NCBI GenBank assembly: GCA_965232515.1
Contig: CBDDPY010000002.1
Coordinates: 3,648,001-3,712,000 of the forward strand
From: Alphaproteobacteria bacterium
GTDB taxonomy: Bacteria > Pseudomonadota > Alphaproteobacteria > GCA-2731375
Direction: 5' to 3'
DNA: 64,000 bases
The position numbers and the translations under genes were made by a program. Position 1 is the first letter of the stretch. Every line of letters begins with the position of its first letter. The notes under the pieces were generated by a model, which searched no databases, was not told where the DNA came from, and was given only the letters and a program-made list of their open reading frames with translations. This document shows, piece after piece, positions 50,733 to 59,818 of the stretch.

Positions 50733-52082
50733 ATGCAGCATGACGAACACGGCTTCGCGGTGACAACGGGCTCGGCCGAGGCGGCCGCGCATTTACGGCG
50801 CGCGGTGCACAGCTTCAACCACTGGGACGCCGACCTGATGGTTCATCTCGACGCCGCGCTGGCCGCCGACGGCGATTTCGTCATGGCGCACGCGCTGAAA
50901 GGCCTGGCCATGGCGGGCGGCCGCAACCGCCGCTTCCACCCGGTGATCGAACAATCGCTCAACGCGGCGCGGGCCGGCCTGGCCGACGTCAGCCCGCGCG
51001 AACGCGGCTATGTCGCGGCGCTGACGCACATGGCGGCGGGCCGGCTGACCGACGCGGCCGCGGCCTACGAGGCCATCCTGCTCGACCATCCGACCGATGT
51101 CCTGGCGCATCGGTTGGTGCAGCAAGAGCTGTTCTGGATGGGCGAGGCTGGCTGGATGCGCGACGTCGCCGAGCGCGCGGCGCCGGCCTGGTCCGAAGAT
51201 GTGCCGGATTACTCCCTGTTTCTGTCGGTGCGCGCCTTCGGCAACGAGGAAGCGCTCAATTACGCCGACGCCGAGCGTTTCGGCCGCGGCGGCGTCGAGA
51301 TCGACCCGAGCGACGCCTGGGGCGCGCACGCCGTCGCCCATGTCCTGATCATGCAGGACCGCATCGACGACGGCATCCAATGGCTCGAGGGCCTGACCAG
51401 CAACTGGGCCGGCAAGAACCAGATCGTGCATCACCTCTGGTGGCACCTCGCCCTGTTCCTGCTGGAACGCGGCGACCACGACCGCGTGCTGGCGCTCTAC
51501 GACAGCGACATCCGCAATCCCGACTCGCCGCTGGTCCAGGCCGTGCCCGACGCCTATATCGACATCCAGAACGCCGCCGCCATGCTCATGCGGCTGGAGC
51601 TGCGCGGCGTCGATGTCGGCGGCCGCTGGCAGGCGCTCGACGACGTCGCCGAGGCCCGCATCGGCGATCCCGCCAGCCCCTTCACCAACGCGCATGCCGC
51701 CATGATCCTCGCCGCCAACGGCCGCTTCGAGAAAGCCGACGAACTGGTGGCATCGATGCAGGACGCCGCCGCCATCGACCCCGGCCCGCTCGGCACCGCC
51801 ATGCGCGCGTCCGCGATCCCGGCGTCGGTCGCCGCCATCGCCCACCGCCGCGGCGATCACGACGCCGTGCTGGCCGCCCTGCTGCCGGCCCGCCGCCAGC
51901 TCTGGCACATGGGCGGCAGCCACGCCCAGCGCGACATCTTCGTGCAGCTCCTGGTCGATTCCGCCCGCCGCCTCGGCCGCAAAGACCTGCTGTCGATGCT
52001 GCTGCCGGAAATCACCGAGGTCGGCTTCGCCGACGTCGCCGACCGCACCCTCTACCGCGACGCCGCCGCGCTGATCAACTGA
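50733..52082 (+). CDS. tetratricopeptide repeat protein (TTC38-like)
   Basis: AFGNEE, DAWGAHAVAHV, HLWWHLAL and GGSHAQRD. Confidence 0.85.
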   Translation: MQHDEHGFAVTTGSAEAAAHLRRAVHSFNHWDADLMVHLDAALAADGDFVMAHALKGLAMAGGRNRRFHPVIEQSLNAARAGLADVSPRERGYVAALTHMAAGRLTDAAAAYEAILLDHPTDVLAHRLVQQELFWMGEAGWMRDVAERAAPAWSEDVPDYSLFLSVRAFGNEEALNYADAERFGRGGVEIDPSDAWGAHAVAHVLIMQDRIDDGIQWLEGLTSNWAGKNQIVHHLWWHLALFLLERGDHDRVLALYDSDIRNPDSPLVQAVPDAYIDIQNAAAMLMRLELRGVDVGGRWQALDDVAEARIGDPASPFTNAHAAMILAANGRFEKADELVASMQDAAAIDPGPLGTAMRASAIPASVAAIAHRRGDHDAVLAALLPARRQLWHMGGSHAQRDIFVQLLVDSARRLGRKDLLSMLLPEITEVGFADVADRTLYRDAAALIN

Positions 52083-52091
52083 CTGTCGGCG

Positions 52092-53006
52092 CTATTCGGC
52101 GGCGACGGCGTGTTCCGCGGCCGCCGCCTCGAGCCGTCGGATCAGGCCCTGCGCCAGCTCGAGTCCGGCCAGCGACAGCGTGTCCTCGCCCCGGCTGACG
52201 ACGGCGATCGGAAAGCTCAGGTCCTGGGCCAGCGGCCGGCTGACGACGCCGCCCATGGCGCGGGCCACCTGCGCCGTGAACGGATCGACGACGGCGAGCG
52301 CGCCGGTGGCGCGGGCGATCGAGGCGACCGCGGGCACGGAATGGGAACTCAGCCGTGAACGGCGGCTCAGCCTGTCGGCCACATCGCCGTGCCGGCCGAA
52401 CGGATTGAGGAAGGAGCGCGGCAGGGTCACGAACTCTTCGTCGGCGACCTGATCGAGATCGAGCGGCCGCCGGTCCCCCGCCAGCGCATGCCCTTCCGGC
52501 ACCAGACAGACATAGGGCACGGCGGTTTCGTACAGCAGGTGCAGGCCGTCCAACGGGTGCAACGAACTCACCACCCCGACATCGGCCCGCTGCATCAGAA
52601 CGGCATCGATGATCGCCGTGTTGGTCCTGACTGTCACGGCGATCCTGAGGCTGTCCCGCGACCGGTGCAGGTCCCGCACCGCCATCATCAGGTCGCTGTG
52701 GGCGAAGACGGCGATCAGACCCAGGGTCAGTACGCCGTCCGCGGTGGTGCGAATCAGTTCGGCCGTCTCGCGCAGACGGTCGACGCCGATGAACATGCCT
52801 TCGACTGCTTCGTGAAAACGGCGCGCCTCGGGCGTGGCGACCAGGCCGCGCCCGGCGCGCGCGAACAGACGGAAGCCCACCGACGCCTCCAGATCGGCGA
52901 TCAACCGGCTGACGCTCGGCTGGGTGATGTACAGCAGCTTGGCGGCGCCCGTGATGGAACCGGTCCGCATGGTGGCCCGAAAGGCCTCGAGTTGACGTTG
53001 ATTCAC
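52092..53006 (-). CDS. LysR family transcriptional regulator
   Basis: RQLEAFRATMRTGSITGAAKLLYITQPSVSRLIADLE. Confidence 0.92.
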   Translation of the reverse strand: MNQRQLEAFRATMRTGSITGAAKLLYITQPSVSRLIADLEASVGFRLFARAGRGLVATPEARRFHEAVEGMFIGVDRLRETAELIRTTADGVLTLGLIAVFAHSDLMMAVRDLHRSRDSLRIAVTVRTNTAIIDAVLMQRADVGVVSSLHPLDGLHLLYETAVPYVCLVPEGHALAGDRRPLDLDQVADEEFVTLPRSFLNPFGRHGDVADRLSRRSRLSSHSVPAVASIARATGALAVVDPFTAQVARAMGGVVSRPLAQDLSFPIAVVSRGEDTLSLAGLELAQGLIRRLEAAAAEHAVAAE

Positions 53007-53036
53007 GACCCGCCCCGACGCCGATCATTCCTGATG

Positions 53037-53053
53037 CATAGGATTTAGCTATG
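53037..53053. promoter_or_regulatory. LysR recognition site (CATAG-N7-CTATG)
   Basis: T-N11-A palindrome in the AT-rich divergent promoter. Confidence 0.6.
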
Positions 53054-53179
53054 AATTAGCATAAATAACGAATTTGTTCTATGCAAAAGCCTTTGCTAGC
53101 GTCGAGACACCATGCAGTCTTCAACGCAGCATTGTGGCGGCGCGACCTGCGCCCTGCCGTTTCGGCGCGGCCTGCGGTG

Positions 53180-54439
53180 ATGTCGGCGGCGGACGGCCTG
53201 CACTGCATCGAAGATGCGCGCATCAGGGCCAAACGGCGGCTGCCGCGCATGATGTTCGACTTCATCGACGGCGCGGCCGGCGCCGAGATCGGCCACCGCC
53301 TCAATTGCAGCCACCTCGATCAGGTGCGCCTGCAGCCAAGCATATTGGTCAATGTCGAAGACCGGCGCCTTGGCCGCCCGTTCCTGGGGCATGACTGGGG
53401 CCTGCCGTTCGGGATCGCGCCGATGGGCATGTGCGACCTCGCCTGGCCGGGCGCCGACCGGTTGCTGGCCGCCGCCGCGGTCCGCCACGGCATCCCCCAC
53501 TGTCTGTCGACCGCCGCGTCCACCTCGCTGGAAGATGCGCGGCGGCTGGCCGGCGAGCATGCCTGGTTTCAGCTCTACGTCAAGGACACCGAAGACGCCG
53601 CCTTCGACCTGGTGCGGCGCGCCGAGCAGGCGGGCTACCGGCACCTGCTGCTGACCGTTGACGTGGCCAGCCTCGGCCCGCGCCGCCGCGAGCTTCGGCA
53701 TGGCTTCAAGGTGCCGTTCCGGCTCGGCGCCCGACAAGCCCTCGATTTCGCCCTCCACCCCCGCTGGTCGATCGAGACGCTGTGGCGCGGCGTTCCGACA
53801 TTCGCCAACTATCTGCCGCCGGACGACGGCAAGGGTGGCCGGCGCGGCCGGACCGACTTCGACCGCGGCAAACGCGGCGGCTGGATCGACTGGGCCTTCC
53901 TCGACAGGCTGCGCCGGCGCTGGCCGAACAAATTGATCGTCAAGGGCGTGCTGTCGCCGGACGAGGCCGTGCGGATCAGGGATGCCGGCGCCGATGCCGT
54001 CTACGTCTCCAACCATGGCGGCCGTCAACTCGACAGCGCGCCGGCCGCCATCGGCGCCCTGCCGCTGATCCGGCGGGCCGTGGGCGATGCCTATCCGCTC
54101 ATCTTCGATGGCGGCGTCCGCTGCGGCGAGGGCGTCGTCAAGGCCCTGGCGCTCGGCGCCGACTTCGTCATGCTCGGCCGTCCCTTTCTCTACGCCTTGG
54201 GCGCGGCCGGCGAGCAGGGGTTGGCGAAGATCATCCAGCTGCTCGCCGACGAGATCAGCCATACGCTGGCCCTGATTGGCCGGCCCGATGTCGCCGATAT
54301 CGACGGCGGCGTGATCGCCGCGCCGGCGATGGACCCGGTCCCGATGCGCCCGTTTCGGGGACCAGAGCGAACACCGTCGCCCGAAAAGCCCGTCGAACAT
54401 CGACAGCCAACGCCCGTGGCCCAGGGGAGCAAGCAATGA
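53180..54439 (+). CDS. FMN-dependent alpha-hydroxy-acid oxidase/dehydrogenase
   Basis: IAPMG, WFQLY, LTVD, IVKG, SNHGGRQLD and DGGVRCG; start position approximate. Confidence 0.9.
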   Translation: MSAADGLHCIEDARIRAKRRLPRMMFDFIDGAAGAEIGHRLNCSHLDQVRLQPSILVNVEDRRLGRPFLGHDWGLPFGIAPMGMCDLAWPGADRLLAAAAVRHGIPHCLSTAASTSLEDARRLAGEHAWFQLYVKDTEDAAFDLVRRAEQAGYRHLLLTVDVASLGPRRRELRHGFKVPFRLGARQALDFALHPRWSIETLWRGVPTFANYLPPDDGKGGRRGRTDFDRGKRGGWIDWAFLDRLRRRWPNKLIVKGVLSPDEAVRIRDAGADAVYVSNHGGRQLDSAPAAIGALPLIRRAVGDAYPLIFDGGVRCGEGVVKALALGADFVMLGRPFLYALGAAGEQGLAKIIQLLADEISHTLALIGRPDVADIDGGVIAAPAMDPVPMRPFRGPERTPSPEKPVEHRQPTPVAQGSKQ

Positions 54440-56157
54440 AAGTACGTGGCGGAACGATCCTGGCCCGCGCGCTGCGCGAAAAAGGCATCAAACAGGTCTT
54501 CACGCTCAGCGGCGGTTTCTGCAACCCCGCGCTCGAGGGCTTCATGACCTGCCAGATTCCGGTCATCAATTCGCCGCACGAGCAGGTCGCCGGCCATCTC
54601 GCCGACGGCTATACCCGGGTCACGCGCGAGCCGGCCGTCTGCCTGGTCGGACCCGAGGGTTTCGCCAACGCCTTACCGGCGGTCATGGAGGCCTATGGCG
54701 AGCGCTCGCCGGTCATCTTCATCACCGGTTCCAGCACACTGAAACGCAAGGGCAGCGGCGGCTTCAAGGAGATCGACGACGTCGCCATGGCGGCGCCCGT
54801 GACCAAGTACAGCGCCATGGTCACCGACGGCGACCGCATCTCCGAGTTCGTCGACCGTGCCTACAAGATCGCCACCGGCGGCTATCCCGGGCCGGTGCAC
54901 TTGAGCGTGCCCGTCGACATCATGTTCAGCTCTTTTGAGGAGGACGCCGGGCTGGCGGAACGGCCCTTCGACCGCACGCCGAAGCAGCCGCCGCGAGCCT
55001 GGCCCTGCCCCGACGACCTCGAAACCGTGCTCGAGTTATTGGCGAACGCCGACCGCCCCATGCTGATCGGCGGGCACGGCGTCTGGTGGTCGGGCGCCGA
55101 ACGCAAGCTCGAGGCCGTCGGCCGCGCCCTGAACATTCCGGTGTTCAACGTCCCCTATCACCAGAAGCTGCTGGGGGAGGACAGCGAGGCCTATATGGGT
55201 CTGGCCGACATCCATCAATATCCACCCGCGAAATTCGCGCTCGAGGCGTCCGATGTCGTGGTCCTCGTCGGCGGGCGGCTCGACAACCAGATGAACTTCG
55301 GCAACCCGCCGCTGTTTCCGCGCTCGACCCGGCTGGTCTGCGTCAATGGCTCGCACGAGGAAATCGAGCTCAACCGCGCCGCGGACCTGACGCTGCTCAG
55401 CGATCCCGGCGCCTTCTTCGACGCCGTCATGGACTTGCGCGACGGCGGCCAGTGGCGACTCGGCCGCGCGTGGTTCGAGACAAATCGCGACAAGCGCCGG
55501 CAATGGGTCGAGGAGACCCTGAACGGACTCGCGACGCCTGACCGGCCCGGTGAGAAGATGCATCCGCTGCAGCTGTCGCTGGACGTGCAGGCGGTGCTGG
55601 GTGAAGCCGACTGGCTCGTGTTTGACGGCGGCAACACGCATTTCTGGTCCGAGATCGCGGTCAACGTCGCCGGCTACCAGGGCAGGAAACTGCGCCGCAT
55701 CATGCATCCCGGCTCGTTCAGCCTGCTGGGCGTCGGCGTGTCGCTGGCGCTAGCCGCCAAGCTGACGCATCCCGAGGACAACGTCGTGCTGATCAGCGGC
55801 GACGGTGCCTTCCTCTCCGGCGGCCTCAGCATCGAGGCCGCCTTCCAGGAGCGCGCGCCGATCACGGTTGTTATCGACAACAATGGCGGTCTGGACTGCA
55901 TCTCGCAGCAGCAGGAGCGCCTGTTCGACAGCGGTCAGCACTTCGCCACCGACTTCCGCGACATCCCCTTCCACGGCATGTTCGAAGGCTTGGGCGGCCA
56001 CGGCGAACTGGTCGAGCACCGCGATCAGCTCGCGCCGGCGCTCAAGCGCGCGATGGCCAGCGGCAAGACCGCCTGCCTGAACGTCAAGACCCGGGGCGAG
56101 ATCAGCCCGATCGTTCTGGCGACCACCAACAAGCGCGACAAGGCGTCGATCGAATAG
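54436..56157 (+). CDS. thiamine diphosphate-dependent enzyme (AHAS-like / 2-hydroxyacyl-CoA lyase superfamily)
   Basis: FTLSGG, PHEQ (catalytic Glu), PGPVHL and GDGAF...DNNGG; ATGA overlap with the upstream gene. Confidence 0.9.
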   Translation: MKVRGGTILARALREKGIKQVFTLSGGFCNPALEGFMTCQIPVINSPHEQVAGHLADGYTRVTREPAVCLVGPEGFANALPAVMEAYGERSPVIFITGSSTLKRKGSGGFKEIDDVAMAAPVTKYSAMVTDGDRISEFVDRAYKIATGGYPGPVHLSVPVDIMFSSFEEDAGLAERPFDRTPKQPPRAWPCPDDLETVLELLANADRPMLIGGHGVWWSGAERKLEAVGRALNIPVFNVPYHQKLLGEDSEAYMGLADIHQYPPAKFALEASDVVVLVGGRLDNQMNFGNPPLFPRSTRLVCVNGSHEEIELNRAADLTLLSDPGAFFDAVMDLRDGGQWRLGRAWFETNRDKRRQWVEETLNGLATPDRPGEKMHPLQLSLDVQAVLGEADWLVFDGGNTHFWSEIAVNVAGYQGRKLRRIMHPGSFSLLGVGVSLALAAKLTHPEDNVVLISGDGAFLSGGLSIEAAFQERAPITVVIDNNGGLDCISQQQERLFDSGQHFATDFRDIPFHGMFEGLGGHGELVEHRDQLAPALKRAMASGKTACLNVKTRGEISPIVLATTNKRDKASIE

Positions 56158-56226
56158 GGAGACGGCCATGGCAACGGCATGCATCGCCCATCCGCCGACG
56201 TCGCTGCGCGAATCGGAGAAAGACCC

Positions 56227-56583
56227 ATGGCGGTAGTTTCGTCACACGTTCTCGACGCGGTCACGGGCGCCCATGCGGGCGAGGTCCGCGTGGAATGCCG
56301 GCGCCTTGCGGCCGACGGCACCCGGCAGACGATCTTCGACGTGCACAGCGGCCAGGACGGCCGCATCAGCGAGACCGTGGACCTGGATGTCGGCGAACCG
56401 GCGGACGTTTTCGAACTGGTGTTCTACAGCGGCGAATATTTCGCCCGTCAGCAGCTCCCGACAGCGGATCGCCAACCCGTACGCCGCGTCGTGATCCGCC
56501 TGGCGATGCCGGATCCGGAGGCCCGCTACCACGTCCCGGTCATCGTCTCGCCGCACGGCTACTCGGTGTGGTGGTCGGGCTAA
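56227..56583 (+). CDS. transthyretin-like / hydroxyisourate hydrolase-like protein with non-canonical C-terminus
   Basis: SSHVLD, DGRI and YHVP..SPHGYS; ends WWSG rather than YRGS. Confidence 0.85.
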   Translation: MAVVSSHVLDAVTGAHAGEVRVECRRLAADGTRQTIFDVHSGQDGRISETVDLDVGEPADVFELVFYSGEYFARQQLPTADRQPVRRVVIRLAMPDPEARYHVPVIVSPHGYSVWWSG

Positions 56584-56661
56584 GGCCGCCGGCCGGCGGC
56601 AGACAACAACGAGGCGGCGCGCAACGACGACCCGCCCGATAAGTCGACAGGAGGAAGCGAC

Positions 56662-57603
56662 ATGAGAATTCTCTATGCACTCTTTATCGGTCTGTTTGTC
56701 CTGCCCGCGTTTGCGACCGCGGGCGACTTTCCCGAGAAGAACCTGGTCTATCAGATCACCTTCGCGCCGGGCGGCGGTTCGGACATCCGGGCCCGCCAGC
56801 AGCAGCCGTTTCTGGAAGACGCCTTCGGCGTCAAGGTGCTGATCCAGTACAAACCCGGCGGCGGCGGCTCGCTCGGCTGGTCGAACCTGGTCAAGCAGAA
56901 AGCCGACGGCTATTTCATGTCGGGCATCAACATTCCGCACATCGTCCTGCAGCCGCTGGCGCGCAAGAACGCCGGCTATCAGACCGAGCAGATCCAGCCG
57001 GTGATCCTGTTCCAGCAGATCCCGTTCGGACTGACCGTGCTCGCGGATTCGCCGTTCCAGACGCTGGAGGACCTGGTGACGTTCGCGAAGAAAAATCCGG
57101 GCAAGGTCACCGTCGGCGGCTCGGGAAGCTGGGACGCGACCCATATCGCGCACCTGCAGTTCGAGCAGATGGCCGGCGTCAAGATGACTTACATACCGCA
57201 CAAGGGCGGCAAGCCGAAGCAGACCTCCCTGCTGGGCGGCCACACCATGGTCAGCTGGTTCGGCACCAGCGAATGGCTGCCCCATGGCGACAAGGTCCGC
57301 AATCTCGCGGTCGCCTCGGCCGAGCCCGTGCCGACCAATCCGGACCTGCCGACGTTCCGCTCCAAGGGCTATGACCTGCTGTCGTCCGTCTATCACGGCG
57401 TCGGCGTGCCCGCCGGCACGCCACCGGACGCCGTCGAGGCCTTGCAGAACGTCTTCCTGAAGATCGCCAACGACCCGGCGGTCCGAAAGCGCAAGCTGGC
57501 CGACGGCATCATCCCCATCGCCATGCCCGCCGCCGATGCGAAGACCCTGATCGAGGATCGCGTAACGGCCTGGAAACCGATCGTCGAGCAGTTCGCGAAC
57601 TAG
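56662..57603 (+). CDS. tripartite tricarboxylate transporter substrate-binding protein (TctC/Bug family)
   Basis: FAPGGGSDIRAR, KPGGGG, ADGY and PDLPT; signal peptide; aggagg RBS. Confidence 0.92.
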   Translation: MRILYALFIGLFVLPAFATAGDFPEKNLVYQITFAPGGGSDIRARQQQPFLEDAFGVKVLIQYKPGGGGSLGWSNLVKQKADGYFMSGINIPHIVLQPLARKNAGYQTEQIQPVILFQQIPFGLTVLADSPFQTLEDLVTFAKKNPGKVTVGGSGSWDATHIAHLQFEQMAGVKMTYIPHKGGKPKQTSLLGGHTMVSWFGTSEWLPHGDKVRNLAVASAEPVPTNPDLPTFRSKGYDLLSSVYHGVGVPAGTPPDAVEALQNVFLKIANDPAVRKRKLADGIIPIAMPAADAKTLIEDRVTAWKPIVEQFAN

Positions 57604-57615
57604 GCGATCAGCTGT

Positions 57616-57647
57616 GATGACGGCCGGCAAAAAGACCGGTCGTCATC
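57616..57647 (+). terminator. stem-loop after the binding-protein gene (mRNA stabiliser or terminator)
   Basis: gatgacggccgg-caaaaaga-ccggtcgtcatc; no U tract. Confidence 0.45.
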
Positions 57648-57711
57648 GCCAGCCCCGCCATCGGAGCGCACATGCGAGACCTCCGGCATCCACCCGGCCC
57701 GGAACTGGATT

Positions 57712-57760
57712 CCCCTCTCCCTTTCAGGGATTGGACGTCTGCGTCCAATTGCTGGGAGGG
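57712..57760. repeat. degenerate remnant of the multi-hairpin repeat with TTGGACG..CGTCCAA insert
   Basis: cccctctccc...attggacgtctgcgtccaat...tgggaggg. Confidence 0.55.
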
Positions 57761-57832
57761 CGTGTCTGATACGAAGCTGTTGCGCGGCCGAATTGCTGAG
57801 GCGCACGGCTCGTCCGAACGCGGCGATACGGC

Positions 57833-59812
57833 ATGACCCCCGGCCTCATCGACGGCGCGCTGCAGGCGATTGCGCTGCACCATCTGCTGTTGCTGTTTCT
57901 CGGCGCGGCGCTGGGCATTGTCTTCGGCGCGATCCCGGGTCTGACCGCGACCATGGGGCTGGCGTTGCTGGTGCCGTTCACCTTTACCATGGAGCCGGCC
58001 GCCGGGCTGCTGATGTTGGCCGGCATCTATGTCGGCGCCATGTATGGCGATGCCGTCCCGGCGATCCTCATCAACACGCCGGGAACCCCGGCCGCGATCG
58101 CCACAACGTTCGACGGCTATCCGCTCGCCCAGAAGGGCATGGCGCAGCACGCGCTGGTGACGGCCGCCTTCGCCTCCTGCATCGGCAGCCTTGTCGCGAA
58201 CGTCGTGCTGGCGACATCGGCGGAGCCGCTCGCTGACATGGCCCTCAAGTTCGGGCCGGCGGAATATTTCTGGCTCGGCGTCTTCGGCCTCACCATCATA
58301 TCGGTGCTCTCCAGCGGCAGCCTGCTGAAGGGTTTCGTCGCCGGCGCCATCGGTCTCCTGTTCTCGACCGTCGGCATGGCGACGCTGTCGGGCGACGTGC
58401 GTCTGACCTTCGATTTTCCCGAGCTTCAGGGCGGGATCGGCCTCGCCGGCGCGCTGATCGGTTTCTTCTGCCTGCCTGAAATTCTGTCGAACGTGATTGG
58501 CGGCCGTCGCGAGCATGTCTCGGCCAAACGCGTGCGGCCGAGCGCGGCGGTGATCGTCGACACCGTCGTCGACCTGGTCCGCCGCCCGGTCCTGCTCCTG
58601 CGATCGTCGATTATCGGCCTGGTGGTCGGGATCGCGCCCGGCGCCGGCGGCAACATCGCCAGCATGGTCTCCTACAGCGAGGCCACACGCTGGGAACCCG
58701 ACAACGAGGAGTTCGGCAAGGGCACGATCCGCGGCGTCGCGGCATCGGAAGCGGCCAACAGCGCCATGGCGCCGGGGTCCCTGATCCCGCTGCTCACGCT
58801 CGGTATCCCCGGATCGCCGCCGGCCGCGATCATCCTCGGCGCCCTGCTGCTACATGGCATGAAACCCGGCACCGAGCTGTTCTCCGCCCATGCCTCGGCC
58901 ACCTACGCCTTTATCGTCGGGCTGGCCATCGCGGCCGTCGCCGTGCTGGTTCTGGGCGTGCTCGGGTCGTTCGTCTACGCGCGGATCGTCAACATTTCCT
59001 CGCGTTCGCTGGCGCCGGCCATCCTGCTGATGACGGTGCTCGGCTCGTTCGCCATCCGTAACAACATGCTCGATGTCTGGGTGATGTTGCTGTTCGGCGC
59101 GCTGGGTTTCATCCTCAGCCGTCTGAACTACCATCCGGCGCCGCTGGTACTCGGTTTCATCCTGGGCCCCTATATCGAGGACGGCATCGTCCAGTCGACG
59201 ATGATCGGCGGCGCGTCGGGCAGCGTGCTGGCCTATATGGCGCTCCGGCCGATCAGCATGGTCTTGATCGCGCTGTGCCTGATTTCTGCGCTCTGGCCGA
59301 TCGTCGCCCGTCGGCTCAAGGCCGCCGAAGAACAGCCCGCCCCGGCATCCGGGCCGGCGCCGCGCGCCGGCGTCAACGCCGACCTGATCGTCGGCCTGGC
59401 GACGCTGGCGGTGGCCGCGATCGCCTACCTCAACACCCGCGACCTCAGCCACTTCGGCGGCCTGTTCGTCGATTTCTGCGCGACCGCGCTGGCCGTGCTC
59501 GGCCTTCTGACGACCGCCAAGAGCTGGCTGAAGCCCGAGCATGCACGGTTCTTTGCATCGGCCGCGGAAGGCCGCCGCGTGCTCGCCGGCATCGGCATTC
59601 TGGCGCTCTATTTGCTGCTGATCCCCTATGCCGGCTTCCTGCTGGCGAGCGTGTGCTTCTACTTCGTCATGCACACATCGCTGCGCCCGGAGCCCGACGC
59701 GGCCGGCGCGCTCGCCGCCAGCGCCGGCCTCGCGCTCGCGGTGACGGCGTCCCTATACCTGCTCTTCCAACACCTCCTCGGCGTCCCCCTGCCGCCTGGA
59801 ATTTGGGGCTGA
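57833..59812 (+). CDS. tripartite tricarboxylate transporter permease, TctA with fused TctB-like domain
   Basis: GAIPGL, NTPGTP, TTFDGYPLA, EAANSA and LTLGIPG; about 4 extra C-terminal TMs ending LGVPLPPG. Confidence 0.88.
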   Translation: MTPGLIDGALQAIALHHLLLLFLGAALGIVFGAIPGLTATMGLALLVPFTFTMEPAAGLLMLAGIYVGAMYGDAVPAILINTPGTPAAIATTFDGYPLAQKGMAQHALVTAAFASCIGSLVANVVLATSAEPLADMALKFGPAEYFWLGVFGLTIISVLSSGSLLKGFVAGAIGLLFSTVGMATLSGDVRLTFDFPELQGGIGLAGALIGFFCLPEILSNVIGGRREHVSAKRVRPSAAVIVDTVVDLVRRPVLLLRSSIIGLVVGIAPGAGGNIASMVSYSEATRWEPDNEEFGKGTIRGVAASEAANSAMAPGSLIPLLTLGIPGSPPAAIILGALLLHGMKPGTELFSAHASATYAFIVGLAIAAVAVLVLGVLGSFVYARIVNISSRSLAPAILLMTVLGSFAIRNNMLDVWVMLLFGALGFILSRLNYHPAPLVLGFILGPYIEDGIVQSTMIGGASGSVLAYMALRPISMVLIALCLISALWPIVARRLKAAEEQPAPASGPAPRAGVNADLIVGLATLAVAAIAYLNTRDLSHFGGLFVDFCATALAVLGLLTTAKSWLKPEHARFFASAAEGRRVLAGIGILALYLLLIPYAGFLLASVCFYFVMHTSLRPEPDAAGALAASAGLALAVTASLYLLFQHLLGVPLPPGIWG

Positions 59813-59818
59813 ACCGCT

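Noticed and set aside
54436-56157. ilvB, xsc or oxc gene call
   Set aside because: Only superfamily motifs are recognisable; no small subunit, pta or frc neighbours.
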